Shown here: in pieces, positions 1 to 13,661 of the stretch
Layout of the letters: each line of letters opens with the position of its first letter
Numbering within the stretch: the first letter of the stretch is position 1
From: Octopus sinensis
Taxonomy: Eukaryota
Direction: 5' to 3'
Assembly: GCF_006345805.1 (NCBI RefSeq)
Contig: NC_043012.1
Coordinates: 9,982,001 to 10,046,000, forward strand
DNA: 64,000 nt
The notes under the pieces: model-generated
Database searches by the model: none
What the model saw: the letters and a program-made list of their open reading frames with translations, nothing else
What the model was told of the DNA's origin: nothing
Translations under genes and position numbers: made by a program

Positions 1-1216
1 AGACGTAATCATTTCAAAATGCACAGTAAATTGCAATTTTCGCCTTTCACCTCTGCTTCAAAATTTGCAGCGAGATTGAATAATTATGTCTGACGTCATT
101 CATGGAAAGTGAGAAACGCTATTGACGACGAGGAATCACATGAAGATGGCAATCATCTGGGAAGATGAAACAATCATCATATATATGTATGCCCTCTCCT
201 TGAATGCTGTTGTTCGCTATAGTTTCTCGACACGAAATACCTTAGAAAAATTGAAGCATCTTAGAGTTTAATTCCAAAACCAAAACGTCATGATAGGTTT
301 TATTTATTATCATTGGCTCGAGAAGTTAAAACGTTATTCCGCTCTACGCCGGCACGATCAATATATGATTTGTATGATGTGGAAAATATCCCATCAACAT
401 TTTCCAAATAATATTGTCATCATCTTTAAAAATTCACTCACGGCTCGGTCCCAATAGCATCTGTCCTCAACAAAAGTCGAGCTCGCGTCACAGTCACAAC
501 GCTAAGACTATTTCACCTCAACAGTCTCTGCTTTCTTTAACAATAGATCAACATGAAGAAAAGAAAAATCTTCGTAATATACAAACCCCTCCTGAATGAT
601 TTCTTCCAACAAGTCATCTACACCTGGCTACATCTCAGCAAACAACAATAATTGTTTTATATACTTTTTTACTTTTTTATTTTTTATTTTTTATTTTATC
701 TAGTTTCAGCTCACGAGCTGTGGCCATACTGGGGCACCGCTATATATATATATAAATAAACAACTTATAAGCAAGGGCAAAAAAAATAACGATTTCTATG
801 CCAATATGCTGATAACAAATTGACGATTTAAAAGTCTGTTATCAGCATAATGCAAGAATGTGGGATCATATCGTAAGCCTTACGATAGTTGACCCATGCC
901 ATGGCTAAGTTACTTTTCCTCCTCTTGCAGTCTCTGAGTACAGTTTTATCTGTCAGGACTTGATCTTTGTTGCCTCTGCACTAGATATCAAAGCTTTTAA
1001 AAGTGACAATTTGTGTGATCGAAAACTGTAAATATGTAAGTTTCTTAATTTATTTTTAAGGAAATTTAAAATAATCATAGGAAATTGTAGATATTCCAGA
1101 CTTTGAGAGTTTTTTAAAGTTATCTTGCTGGGTTGTATTAGGGTGTCTGTGTCTTCGGTTGCTTAGCAGTCAGAGCAATAAAGAACACGTCCATCCGCTG
1201 TAAATGCTGACGTTAT

Positions 1217-1217
<1 letters not shown>

Positions 1218-1255
<38 letters not shown>

Positions 1256-1314
1256 TTCTTCTTCTTCTTCTTCTTCCTCCTCTTCTTCTTCTTCTTCTTC
1301 TTCTTCTTCTTCTT

Positions 1315-1373
<59 letters not shown>
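1218..1373. repeat. Compound microsatellite (TCA)n(TTC)n(TTA)n
   Basis: Directly visible. Confidence 0.95.
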
Positions 1374-1382
1374 ATATTTTTA

Positions 1383-1595
1383 AGGCGGCAAACTGGCTGA
1401 TTCGTTAGTACACCGGGTAAACTGTTTAGCGGCATTTTATCTGTCCTCATGTTCTGAGTTCAAACCCTGCCGAGGTCGATTTTGCCTTTGATATTTTCAA
1501 GATTGATGAAATAATTAGCAGTTATATACTGGGGTCGATGTAATCGACTAGTCACCCCCACAAAATTTCAGGCCTCATGCTTTTAGTAGAAAGGA
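1383..1595 (+). mobile_element. tRNA-headed SINE family B, diverged copy
   Basis: Matches the ggcgg..ctgg..cgttag..ttctgagttcaaa..gccgaggtcga..actggggtcgatgtaatcgact pattern of the other copies in the window. Confidence 0.7.
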
Positions 1596-2552
1596 TAACT
1601 ACTACTACTATGGAACACCTGCATGTTTTTAAAATACACTGAATAAGATGTAAACCAAAATAAAAATGGAATACGTGATTAAATTGCCACAAACTCGAAT
1701 AAACTTCATTTTCACTTCAGCTACTAATTTTTCAAGATTAAACTATATCTGTAGAATTTCCCCTTCCGTATTAGGAGTCAAACAAACTAGGATTACTTGA
1801 GTCCGGTCATATCTAAATTCTCGTAACTTCGGTGCATTTTCAAGTTGTATCTTGAACCGATCTACTTTCTCACTAAATACATGTTTTAATATCTTTAATC
1901 TCCTAAATATTGATGCGTTAAAATATATTTCAAAGTACGTTGCTATATATGAAAGTAATTCAAAGCACTTAAATACATAAAAATCTTCATATTTTAATAC
2001 ACTTTTCAAGAACACTATAGATTAATTTTTTCAAAAGAAATTTTTTTTATATATTCCCAATAAATTTATTTTCATTTGCTGGTTTTTAATTATCCACTTG
2101 ATTGATATACGACGCTAATTTTCTTTACTTATTAAGTTGAGATTTATATATCCATTTCACTTATACTTCATTTTCAAAATTTATTTATCTATTTTATCTA
2201 AGGTTTCATTGATACATATATTGTGAGGTTATGTATGTATGTATGCATGTATATATGTATGTATGGGTGGCGTCTTTGTATTTCTCTGGACCCTCTTCCG
2301 ACCAAGCTCTTTCACGCCACTCAATGTAGCAGTTTATACATATATATAATCATACATTCATGCATGCATACACACGTAGGTAAGTACGTATGTATGTACC
2401 TACCTATCTACTCATCAACATACATATATATCTTTGTATGTATGTATGCGTATGTACATAAGTATATATATATATATAATTATATATATTATATATATAT
2501 ACTATATATATGTATATATAATATATATATACGTATATATGTATATATATAT

Positions 2553-2631
<79 letters not shown>

Positions 2632-2728
2632 TAATCCAAACATGAAAACACAAAGAGTAAACACAACAACGCGAGGACGTGGAACAAGTATAGTGTTATT
2701 GGACGCTCAGGAACGGAAAGAAAGGAGG

Positions 2729-2763
2729 ATTTAAGGTTTCGAGCGGAGCTCTTCGTCAGAAAC
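2729..2763 (-). ncRNA. Minimal type I hammerhead ribozyme motif, probably mutated at the cleavage triplet, in a small element between (TA)n tracts (~2627-2842)
   Basis: Minus strand reads gttt CTGACGA a GAGC tcc GCTC GAAA c ctt aaat. Confidence 0.65.
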
Positions 2764-3239
2764 ATAGGAAAAGGAAACATCCAAGGAAGGGAAGACGGAG
2801 GAAAAAAAATCGCCAACGATACACACGCGATCACATTTTGAATGTGTGTGTGTGTGTGTATATATGTATATTTATATACACACACACAAACACATATACA
2901 CGCACACATATATATATACATACACCTTTATATAAAATTCACTGTAACATTATGGGCTGTTATTATAAGTAAAACCACACGCTCGAAACCGAACGCTAAA
3001 GTCACACTACTTTATCAAATCTACACACGCATAAAGCAGTGTGACTTTAGCTTCACTTTCCAGCGTGTGGCTATACTTATATTAACAGATTTTACTGTAA
3101 TAATGTATTTCTTAAAAAATATATACTTCGTATTAAGTTTTTACCTAATTGGTGTACACACACGCTGGCTATGGCTACTTGATAAAATCTATCTTCTCTC
3201 TATCTATCTATCTATCTTCTATCTATCTATCTATCTATC

Positions 3240-3336
<97 letters not shown>

Positions 3337-3624
3337 TATATATCATGTACTTGATAAAATACTTATATACTTGATAAAATCTTATGCTTGATTAGTATGC
3401 ATACATACAATACATACATAATACATACACACACATATATATATGTCTGTGTATAGCTTGGCAAAAAATCGTTCCTTTAAAATACTGCTACCGAATATCT
3501 CTCGTTAAGAGATTTAGGAACAACAACGTTTCTATTTTATAAGATTAGTAACTGTGAGTCACTTAGAATATCATATATAGTTTTGAACGAGTGTTTAGCA
3601 GCGCCATTTCAGCCGAAGAGTTAT

Positions 3625-3667
3625 TCTGTGCTGACGAAGTGAAATAACCCTGAATACGGTCAACGGA
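3625..3667 (+). ncRNA. Degenerate hammerhead motif in a TA-flanked element (~3455-3828)
   Basis: tctgtg CTGACGA agtg aaataa ccct GAAt acg GTC aacgga. Stems I and II are partly pairable, and the GAAA is mutated. Confidence 0.45.
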
Positions 3668-3860
3668 TATAGCTTTGTGTTTGATGGGGGAGCTAAACTC
3701 CCTTGTTCGAAAATATAAGATCATGCGTCGCATAGCCAGCTGGAGACGATGTGTCCTGGAGCTAAACAACAGGAACATTCGCCCCAAAATGGAACTGCCA
3801 CATTAGGTTGGCACGAAATCACTACTTTATATATATATATATAATATATATATATATATA

Positions 3861-4318
3861 TAAACCCAAACCTCAAGTATTTGGAATCATTGTCTCCGTA
3901 AAGTGTGTTATATTTCGCTAATTTGTGTATGTATATATATATATAGGTTTCGTAGGTTCACTATGCATTTACAAAATTGAGCAAGTGTAATACTCCATAA
4001 AGCAAAGCTTCAGAGCAAAATATAATCACATAATGAAGCCACACGTTATAGAATTCCTCAAACATATAAGGAATTCTTAATGGACTCAATATATATTTAT
4101 CGTAAAACACAGCTATCAATGACATGCAAAGCATTGAAGCATCTCAAACAAAAAAAGCACGATCCATAGGAGGTGTATCTCAAACCCCAAAATCAAATGT
4201 CATGACATAAAGTAGTCAAATTCTGGCAGTAACTCCTGTATAAAGTTTAACTAAACATAAGTAGCTTCAACTATAATAAACCTTACGGAGGCAAACCTTC
4301 CAAATACTTGAGATTTGG

Positions 4319-4375
<57 letters not shown>

Positions 4376-4608
4376 ATATGTAATCCACCTCCTAGGGATC
4401 GTGTGTTTTTTGTTTGAGATGCATCAATGCTTTGCATGTCATTGATAGCTGTGTTTTACGATAAATATATATTGAGTCCATTAAGAATTCCTTATATGTT
4501 TGGGGAATTCTATAACGTGTGGATTCATTATGTGATTATATTTTGCTCTGAAGCCTTGCTTTATGGAGTATTACACTTGCTCAATTTTGTAAATGCATAG
4601 TGAACCTA
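3861..4608. repeat. Interleaved inverted repeats across (TA)n tracts (3952-4175 vs 4386-4608; 3861-3912 vs 4272-4323)
   Basis: Reverse-complement matches read directly, e.g. gtaggttcactatgcatttacaaaattgagc / gctcaattttgtaaatgcatagtgaacctac. Confidence 0.85.
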
Positions 4609-5450
4609 CAAAAGTGGTGTATTGTGTGGCCTATATAAGAGACACCTAGAGTTTGCAACACACACACATACACACATAAACATTTTCTCTATCTCTATAT
4701 CTCTTTATATCTCACACATTCACACACAAACACACACACAAGCACACAGTATATACATCGTACTACGCGGCGTTGAAAAGCACGATGCTGTGGATTTTCA
4801 CTGAAAGAATATCTTTCACTCACACTACGTACCAAAATGTATCATATGTGTATATATACGCACACATATATTTCAGCGTATTCATATGTAGCTAATAGCT
4901 AAACCCATACTTATCAGCATGTCTCGTCTTCGTGCAGGATTCATCTTTATTGCGAGTTTACTGCCCACAAAGCTAATGTTAATTTTCTTTATAAATAAAC
5001 TATCTTGGTGCTAATTTCATATACATCATGTCTCTACTGCCCAGTTTACAAAAACATATGTAAAAAAGTAATCTGGCGTTGAAAGTTACGCTAACAGCTG
5101 ATAGTGACAGCCATTCTTCTCTGCACCGACCTAATGGTTGTAAGAGGAAATATTTAATACATTATTCGAAACGTGCTTAAGGAATTCTACATTTTATATT
5201 TTATTTTTTCTCTCGAAATTTTCCGTGAAAAAACAAAAAATATTACGGACGTTGTAAGCCAAATATTTGAACTTAAATATCCTTGTGTATAAAGCGTCCA
5301 CACACCCATATACATATGTATCTATATATACGTCTGTCTTTCTCACTCTAGCCAGCTTTGCATATGTTGTGTGGATTTGTTTGTATGTCGACTTGAAACA
5401 TACACACACCAACATTTATATATATATATATTTTATAATACATACGTACA

Positions 5451-5482
<32 letters not shown>

Positions 5483-5483
5483 C

Positions 5484-5516
<33 letters not shown>

Positions 5517-5526
5517 ATATTATATA

Positions 5527-5565
<39 letters not shown>

Positions 5566-5659
5566 TATAATGTGCATACTGCCTGCGATGTCTAAATTGT
5601 CGCTATTTTTTTCATTTTGTGCATGTGTATCTTTTTTATTTTGTCGACTACACAGTAGA

Positions 5660-6447
5660 GTAGGGTCAGTTGGGCACCACCTGTGCCGAAAACAACATCA
5701 TAACGCAATTCATTCTGGCATAAAATAGGAAACGAACTGCTGTACCGCGTAGCATTTGCGCCGGAAGTTCCAATACGAACATTTCAGAGTGTTTGGGTGT
5801 CATTCTGAGAACAGTGCAATCTGAGGACATGTACGGATAGTGATAAAAATCAAACATCCAGACAAACTCCATGGTGTTTGGAGTGATCACTGACGATGGC
5901 GTAGTTATTCCTCCATTCATTTTCCCACACAGCCTCGCACTCAACACGGAGACACACAAGTGCCTGGATCAAGAGGGTAGATGCTGGAGGACCCCATGTC
6001 TAGCAACTAGAGTCTGCCCCTAGCCACGCAGGCAGGATAACTCAGTCATAGCTGTCACACAATTTCTGCAACAACGTCACACTTAACATTTGGCTACCTA
6101 ACTCCCCAGACTGCAAACCCGTTGATTATTATGTGTGGGGCTCAGTTGAACGAGTGACCAACAAAACGCCTTGCAATACCAAAAAATGGTCTAATGGCAA
6201 GGATTATGGCAGCATTCACCAAATTAAACAAAGCGATCATCCACTATAGTTGTAGGTGATTCCAAAGACCTCTGGAGGCCGTGGTTGAATCCAATGGCGA
6301 TTTTTTGAATAAATATACTCTTTAGTACTTAAGAATATTTCTATATAATCTTGGTATAATCTTGGTAAATATATCTATTAAAATGAAATGTCAATGTTAT
6401 TATCATTTTTGCGTAATTTAGACGAAAGTTTATTCAGCGCACCTTGC
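5660..6447 (+). mobile_element. Degenerate Tc1/mariner-superfamily transposon (transposase pseudogene, 3' part)
   Basis: Frames give VFGVITDDGVVIPPFIFPHSL, a QLESAPSH (QQDSAPxH-like) motif and WLPNSPDCKPVDYYVW (WPPNSPDLNPLDY motif). Confidence 0.8.
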
Positions 6448-6707
6448 ACACACACACACACCACACACACACATACACACACACACACACACACATATAC
6501 ATATATATGTATATATATATATGTGCGTGTGTGTGTGTGTGTGTGCAGGTTGTGCTGAATATACTTTCGTCTAAATTACGCAAAAAGGATAATAACATTG
6601 ACATTACATTTTAATAGATATATTTACCAAGATTATACCAAGATTATATAGAAATATTCTTAAGTACTAAAGAGTATATTTATTCAAAAAATATATACAT
6701 ATATATG

Positions 6708-6741
<34 letters not shown>

Positions 6742-7074
6742 CTTCTGTTTGTATCTGTATATGTATATACTATGCATGTGCATAGTGTTGATTTGTGCTG
6801 TTTGTAGGTTTGTTACTCCGAAAGAGACAATTTGTGAATTGGTGCATAAATACGAACATTAAAACCCAGTACGTTCTGTTTTAATTAAATATAGTCAAGC
6901 GCAATTATTTACTCATGCCAGAAACTTATCGTCCGGTTGTCTTTACAGTCAACTGTATGCTTCACTGATTTTGAATAAGGAAATACTAAACGCAGATATT
7001 TTAAAGTGTTCTGTTCCGACGACTGTCTTTATGGTTAATGAAGCTGTATTCACATTGCTAAAGGTGAGAATACC

Positions 7075-7567
7075 TTGAAGTTCATTGGGAAGAACTGCAG
7101 TACATTTCATTGGAGATTTCAAACTTGAAATCTTCAAAGCCACAGTCGAACCAATTCTAATAAAGGGTTCAGAAACCTGGACGTTATCAAAGAAGCTTGA
7201 GAGGCGGTTGGATGGAACCTACACTCGCTTCCTTATGAGAGCTCAAAATCTCTCGTGGAAGCGCCATCCAACCAAAATGCAAATATATGGGAAACTACCA
7301 CCTGTGTCATCTCTTGTGAAAGGTAGGAGAGTCCAGTTTGCTGGACATTGTTGTAGAGCTGAAAAATAAGTAATTTCTACTCTTCTCCTCTGGAAGCCAT
7401 CTACTCGCAATACCAGAGGGCGCACACTCTCCTACCCTGATGTAATCTCTAGAGATACAGGCACCCAGCAACAGGACCTCCGTAATGCCATGATGGATCG
7501 TGAAGTCTGGCGTAGCATGGTAAATTCCATTGTCTCGGCCACGGTAGAACAATGATGATGATGATGA
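7075..7567 (+). mobile_element. RTE-clade LINE 3' fragment
   Basis: KLEIFKATVEPILIKGSETWTLSKKLERRLDGTYTRFLMRA..W..GH is an RTE-type post-RT region. It ends in a (TGA)n tail. Confidence 0.85.
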
Positions 7568-7751
7568 CATTTCATTATTTACAGCAAAATTCCTGTGTAT
7601 TTGACTAAAAGCCGTTTTAGTTGGTGTGGAGATTCTCTGTGAGACATATTCTGCACTGCAAGTCTCTAAATACGGGAGACCTATCTTTTAATTCATCATT
7701 CATATTCGATCCGGCATTGTTTCCTTTTTTTAACGTGAATGGATATTGATG

Positions 7752-8150
7752 TATTGGGTTGTCCGGAAAGTTCGTGCCGATTTTTAAAGGAAAGAAAAAG
7801 GTCAATAAATACTTGCCATTACATTTTAAATCAACCAGATATGAACCATTTTGTTGCACAATGAGTCTCCATCTTTTCTTTAACTTGAAAATACCTTCTT
7901 CCCAGAAGTGAAGTGATTCCATGGCAAAGAATTCATCAAGGTATCTTTTTAATGTCATCCATTTATCTTCCATTTTAAAGGGTTACAGAATTAACACAGG
8001 TTATAGGAACATAAACTTTCTTCCACGAAATGATAGCTTAAACTGATCTAATCGGAGTTGTAGTCAAATCCTACTTTATGGACTCAACCATGTTCTAAAA
8101 TAAATAGAAAGGTACCATAAATCGGCATGGACTTTCCGGACAACCCAATA
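7752..8150 (-). mobile_element. Internally deleted mariner element (MITE-like) with TIRs and TA target duplication
   Basis: TIRs ttgggttgtccggaaagttcgtgccgattt / aaatcggcatggactttccggacaacccaa, each flanked by TA. It retains the transposase C-terminus FWEEGIFKLKKRWRLIVQQNGSYL. Confidence 0.9.
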
Positions 8151-8269
8151 CTATTCCAGGCAGCAATAATAAACCTATTTGTGTTGCTATAATCAATATC
8201 TGAATCTCTTCCTGACTAGAATGTTTGAAGTATTGTTAGAGAGCACTCTGCATTAATATCAGGCCTAGA

Positions 8270-8584
8270 CATTTCACCGTGATCACCGTGATCGACCAGG
8301 CCATCAGATGTTGTTACACATCGCTGGTCACAATGCGCTTCGCATTGTTTTAGCCTTCAAGTGACGCCACCCCGCTGGCTAAGCGAGCGGGTCAACAGAA
8401 GAAAGAGTGAGAGAAAGTTGTGGCGAAAGAGTACAGCAGGATCGCCACCACCCCCTGCCGGAGCTACGTGGTGCTTTAGGTGTTTTCCCTCAATAAACAC
8501 TCACAACGCCCGGTCTGGGAATCGAAACCGCGATCCTACGACCGCGAGTCCGCTGCCCTAACCACTAGGCCATTGCGCCTCCAC
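8270..8584 (-). mobile_element. tRNA-headed SINE family A
   Basis: Head gtggaggcgcaatggcctagtggttagggcagcggactcgcggtcgtaggatcgcggtttcgattccc has Pol III A/B-box-like motifs. Four copies occur in the window. Confidence 0.85.
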
Positions 8585-8685
8585 GCCTAGTCTCTGTTGC
8601 ACTGTAAACTATAAACTCTACTTAGGTAATTGTATTTCAAATACAATGTGCATGTAATGATATATATATATATATATATATATAT

Positions 8686-8916
8686 TGGTAAAAACGGTAA
8701 GATAACAAAAGAAAGAAAGAGACCTCAATATTATGTAAATAGAGGAAATTTATCTGTAAAATAATATGTGACAATTATTCAACAGCCAAGATAAAACACC
8801 ATTTCTTCGGTTATCTGGCCAGATAACCGAAGAGATGGTGTTGTGGATTTCCACCTCGGCATCCGAAACTCAGAGTTTCATCTTGGCTATTGAATAATTG
8901 TCATATATTATTTTAC

Positions 8917-8920
<4 letters not shown>
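8686..8920. mobile_element. TA-flanked fold-back element containing a hammerhead motif (8822-8882, + strand)
   Basis: Arms atctgtaaaataatatgtgacaattattcaacagccaagat / atcttggctattgaataattgtcatatattattttacagat, with an internal palindrome ttcggttatctggccagataaccgaa. The motif reads gataa CCGAAGA gatg...catcc GAAA ctcagag TT tcatc. Confidence 0.7.
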
Positions 8921-8949
<29 letters not shown>

Positions 8950-8955
<6 letters not shown>

Positions 8956-9898
8956 TAAATGTGTAATGGTGTCTGTGTGTGTGTTTGGGGTTACGCTAAC
9001 TCCTCCCACACCGTCAAACAAGTGTCAATGATTCTTGGCACGTAAGTAGATCACATGCACTGAAGTTGAAATAAGGCCACAATTTTTCGAAAACTCGATA
9101 ATGCTCAGCTGGCATCCATTTGTGGGCTCAATCAGGTCTTTGAATGGGAATTCCCATAATGATGTTATTTTTCTTGCAGTTTTTGATGAAAATCGATGCG
9201 TGAGCAAGGCTCATGGCAGTGAGTTGATGTAAGTATATGTCGTTGACAAAGAAACGATAACTGAGCCTGAGCATTGGTTTTATAATATCAATAGGCTTTT
9301 TGGCGTGCAAATACCAATAGGGATGTTATTTTTGGCCGTAACTTATATATGTTTTATCCGATTTTAATGAAATTTGAGATGTAGGTAAATTTTGTGGAGC
9401 AGGTAATAATACTTGTTTTATTCAAAAGGGCTTGAAAAGGGCACACATGCAAATATGCATTCCTTCTGATTTTGAAGAAAATTGACTCATGAGCAAAATT
9501 AAGCACTTCAACATATGAAACATAGTTTATTCATATAATGTAATGTTATTTAAAAATCAATGGTATATTTTCATGTAAATGGTCACATAGATACTATTTG
9601 ATGACATAAACTTAACATATTTCTTCGGATTTTGCTGAGACTGGACAGGCTGGTCAACTTTGTACAGAGGTTGGCATTAAGGGGAGAAAAATAAACAAAC
9701 GTCACTCAACGAGTCAAGGTACACCCAAAGGTTTGACTGCGATTTCAGACAGACCAATATGTCGGGGTATGTCGAAGGCGTTAACCGGTTAAAATCCCTG
9801 CCGAATCAGATATGTTGTCTTAATGGGTAATAGTTGACACAGAGATGGGCTTAACTTCATCATGAAAAACACGAGCAACGCCGGCTACAACAACTAGT
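8950..9898 (+). mobile_element. Putative non-autonomous Helitron-like element (3' end recognised only)
   Basis: Ends in cacgagcaacgccggctacaacaaCTAGt, similar to the Helitron-like end at 59356. A related end lies on the minus strand at ~10113-10145. The 5' boundary is uncertain. Confidence 0.4.
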
Positions 9899-9903
9899 GT
9901 ATG

Positions 9904-9934
<31 letters not shown>

Positions 9935-10054
9935 GAAAATACAAACTGGGACAAGAACGTAAAACATTTAGAAGACGATACAAAAAATACGGATGGGACT
10001 TCGAACCTTCAATTTTCAGTCAAGAACCGGATCATCCTACCAATTTCGGCTGAT

Positions 10055-10086
<32 letters not shown>

Positions 10087-10995
10087 TATCTATATATATA
10101 TATATATATATACACTAGGTGTTGTACCCGCGTTGCTCGTGTTCAACATAACAATTCCTGATATTATTGATGTTCAATACAATCAATTATTTGGTTTACG
10201 TATCTTCGTTTTATTCTGTGTAAATTCACCCCACGACATAAAAACACACTCCCACATATACACACACACTCACACAAACACAGAAACACACTCACAAATA
10301 TACATACTCATATAAATATGTATTTATCTCTGCACAGAAACACATTCAAGTTCCCACATCTATACACACACACATACACACATAGATATACTTTGATAGA
10401 CATCAGATTCATTCTAAACGTTCGGTTTGAATCTATGCACGATACGATGTTCTATTTTGGTGATTCATTCTATAGGTAAGTCTAGCCATTATTGCTTCTA
10501 GGTAATTCTAGATCCTTTGACTCATATACTTGAAGTAAATAGCTGTAGGTAATGATAAACATGCAATTTGAATGTCTTCGATATGATTAACTTGGAATAG
10601 CGCTTTATGATATATCACAGCACTAGAAGTAAATGATTACCACAGAAATGCTTAAGGCTTTCTTGATTTAAAAGGCTGTTGTCCTAATTGGTAGTGTTTT
10701 GTTGTCTGCCGTATATTCATCTACGTATAATTTGTGTGTATGTATGTACTTATATGTTTCTCTGTCTGTGTGTGTATTAAATCTGTATATGCATACTTAA
10801 AGAAGCACAGACATACAGAGACAGTTGTGAGTACTGAGGCATATTGCATTGTATTTTCTATGTGCCAAAATGATACAAAACCTATAATCAGAATTTGCTA
10901 ATGAACTAAAACTTGTAAACAAAATGGTATCATTTTTAATTATATAGGTTATTTACAGTGTATGGAATATATCTATCTATCTGTCCGTCTATCTG

Positions 10996-11043
<48 letters not shown>

Positions 11044-11357
11044 CTATCTATCTATCTATCTATCTATAACACACACACCCACACACCACACACACACATA
11101 TATAATATATACATATATAATATATAATATATATATATATATATATATTATGTGAAATAGAAAGATGAATAATCTTGTAGTAGATTAATCAAAAGTTAAC
11201 CGATACCTTAGTAGCAAAATCACAGCAGTGAACAGCACGGTTGGAGGTACAACCATCTGGCGTTGCAACCGTGCGTTGGTGCGGATAATTGAAATTAAAA
11301 CATTATTGGTGAATTGAAGAAATGGAGCTAAACGCAGATTGAACAGAATCGTTTTAT

Positions 11358-11445
11358 TTCATTCTACACGTGTTTCGAAAGGCACCAATACCAAAAATCC
11401 GATTGAATAATGGGACCATATTGTGTCTTTCTCTTCAGGAAAAAA
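11358..11445 (-). ncRNA. Type I hammerhead ribozyme (left arm copy)
   Basis: ttc CTGAAGA gaaagacac...gtgcctttc GAAA c acgt GTA gaa. Canonical core, long stem II and palindromic stem III loop. Confidence 0.8.
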
Positions 11446-13233
11446 AGGAAATCCGTTGAAAAACAAAAACAGAACAGAGGCAGAGCAAAAAACAATCGAA
11501 CTGTGCTCCTAAGAGCCCATGGCGAAACTGTTTATCAGTGTATGTTGAGAACCGGTGGCTGAAGAATTCAACTCAGGCATCGGTCAAACATGTGGGTGAG
11601 GGTGTATAGATGTTCTTTGGACCGAGAATAAAGTTCTGACTATTTAAAGAATATTGGATGTTTTATAAGGGGCGAGAAAAAATCTACTTAGAGACGTGTG
11701 TGTGTGTATACTGTTCTATATATGTGTGTGTTGGCGAGGGGTAGAAACATTTTTTGTGTACGTGTGGTGCGTTTGATCTTCGCGGCTGTCAGTGGCTACT
11801 GCGTGATAACCCGTTGGGTGGCAGAAAGAAAAAAATAAAGAAATTATATTATATATTTTATGTGTTTATGTGTGTGTGTGTGTGTTCATCTATAGCCTAC
11901 CTTGACAAGGAAACCCCCCCCTGTGAAAAAAACAGCCCCGTTTGTCTTACAGGAGTAATTTCCCTTGCAGTGGTTATTTGTAGAATATCTTAAAATCTAT
12001 TTCGAATTTGTTACCAAGGGCTATGGGTGCCGGTCTTATTTATAAACGCTATTTAAAGGCCAGATAAGTGTAACGCCGCCCATGGGGGCATCGAAAAGCC
12101 GACTGTAAGAGCCCGTTTGTTACACATCCGGCCTCTGGCAAACAAAATATGGAAGAGTTCGGAGACAAAAGTTGCACTGTCTCTGCCACTTCTGCCCCTA
12201 TCAAATGGGAGGGCCACCGACAAAATTGACCATTCCAGCCTATAGCTTAAGTTCGCATCCTTCAGTCGCCATATTAGCTTACTGAGTCCCGTGGTCTGGC
12301 GCTTTGTTCACGTCCCGAAAAGTGCGTAATGGTTGGAGACACGCAAAGACAATCTTGAGGACGATGCCCCTATATAAGTGAAGGCATCTGAGTCCGTGTA
12401 ATATGGCGACTGAAGGATGCGAACTTAAGGCTATAGGCTGGAATGGTCAATTTTGTCGGTGGCCCTCCCATTTGATAGGGGCAGAAGACAGTGCAACCTT
12501 TGTGTCTCCGAACTCTTCCATATTTTTGTTGCCAGAGGCACTGATGGTAAACGGGCTCTTACAGTCGGCTTTTCGATGCCCCCATTGGCGGGGTTAACAC
12601 TTATCTGGCCTTTAAATAGCGTTATAAATAAGACCGGCACCCATACATAGCCCTTGGTAACAAATTTGAAATAGATTTTAAGATATATACAATTAACCAC
12701 TGCAAGGGAAATTACTCCTGTAAGACAAAACGGGGCTTGTTGTTTTCACAGCGGGGGTTTTCCTGTCAAGGTAGGCTTAGATGAACACACCACACACACA
12801 TTAAACATAAAATATATATATATAATTTCTTTATTTTTTTTCTTTCTGCCACCCAACGGTTATCACGGCAGTAGCCACTGACAGCCGAACGATCAAACGC
12901 ACACACGTACACAAAAAAATGTTTTCTACCCCTACGCCAACACACACATATATAGAACAGTATACCCACACACACACTCTCTAAGTAGATTTTTTCTCGC
13001 CCCTTATAAACATCCAATATTCTTTAAATAGTCAGAACTTTATTTCTCGGTCACAAAGAACATCTATACACCCTCACCCACATTTTGACCGATGCCTGAC
13101 TGTTGAATTCTTCAGCCACCGGTTTCTCAACATACACTGATAAAACAGTTTTGCCATGGGCTCTTAGGAGCACAGTTCGATTTGTTTTTTGCTCTGCCTC
13201 TGTTCTGTTTTTGTTTTTCCAACGATTTCCGTT

Positions 13234-13322
13234 TTTCTTCCTGAAGAGAAAGACACAATATTGCCCATTATTCAATCGGATTTTGGTAATTTGTGCCTTT
13301 CGAAAACACGTGTAGAATGAAA
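13234..13322 (+). ncRNA. Type I hammerhead ribozyme (right arm copy)
   Basis: tttcttc CTGAAGA gaaagacacaa...ttgtgcctttc GAAA(a) cacgt GTA gaatgaaa. Confidence 0.75.
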
Positions 13323-13389
13323 TAAAACGATTTCTGTTCAATCTGCGTTCAGCTCCATTGCTTCAATTCACCAATAATGGTTTAGTATA

Positions 13390-13420
<31 letters not shown>

Positions 13421-13551
13421 TACATACACATACACATATTTGTACGGCCCTCAATTTACTACCAAGCCCTGCGATACCTTTACAGCGACGATGAAATTTT
13501 AGCATCCTCCTGTATATTCCATCTTCCGTCATTCATTTGATATATATATTA

Positions 13552-13596
<45 letters not shown>

Positions 13597-13619
13597 TATA
13601 ATAATACATACATACATAC

Positions 13620-13661
<42 letters not shown>

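Larger units (their letters stand above)
11150..13383. mobile_element. Head-to-head inverted pair of 5'-truncated Penelope-like retroelement copies (~1 kb arms) in (TA)n
   Basis: Arms 11298-12276 and 12399-13383 are reverse complements. Across frameshifts, the minus strand reads FTYIGASSSRLSLRVSNH..RQTTGLSKLIWRLKDAN..WSILSVALPFDRGRRQCNLCVSELFHI (GIY-YIG endonuclease C-terminal half). Each arm has a hammerhead near its outer end. Confidence 0.85.
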
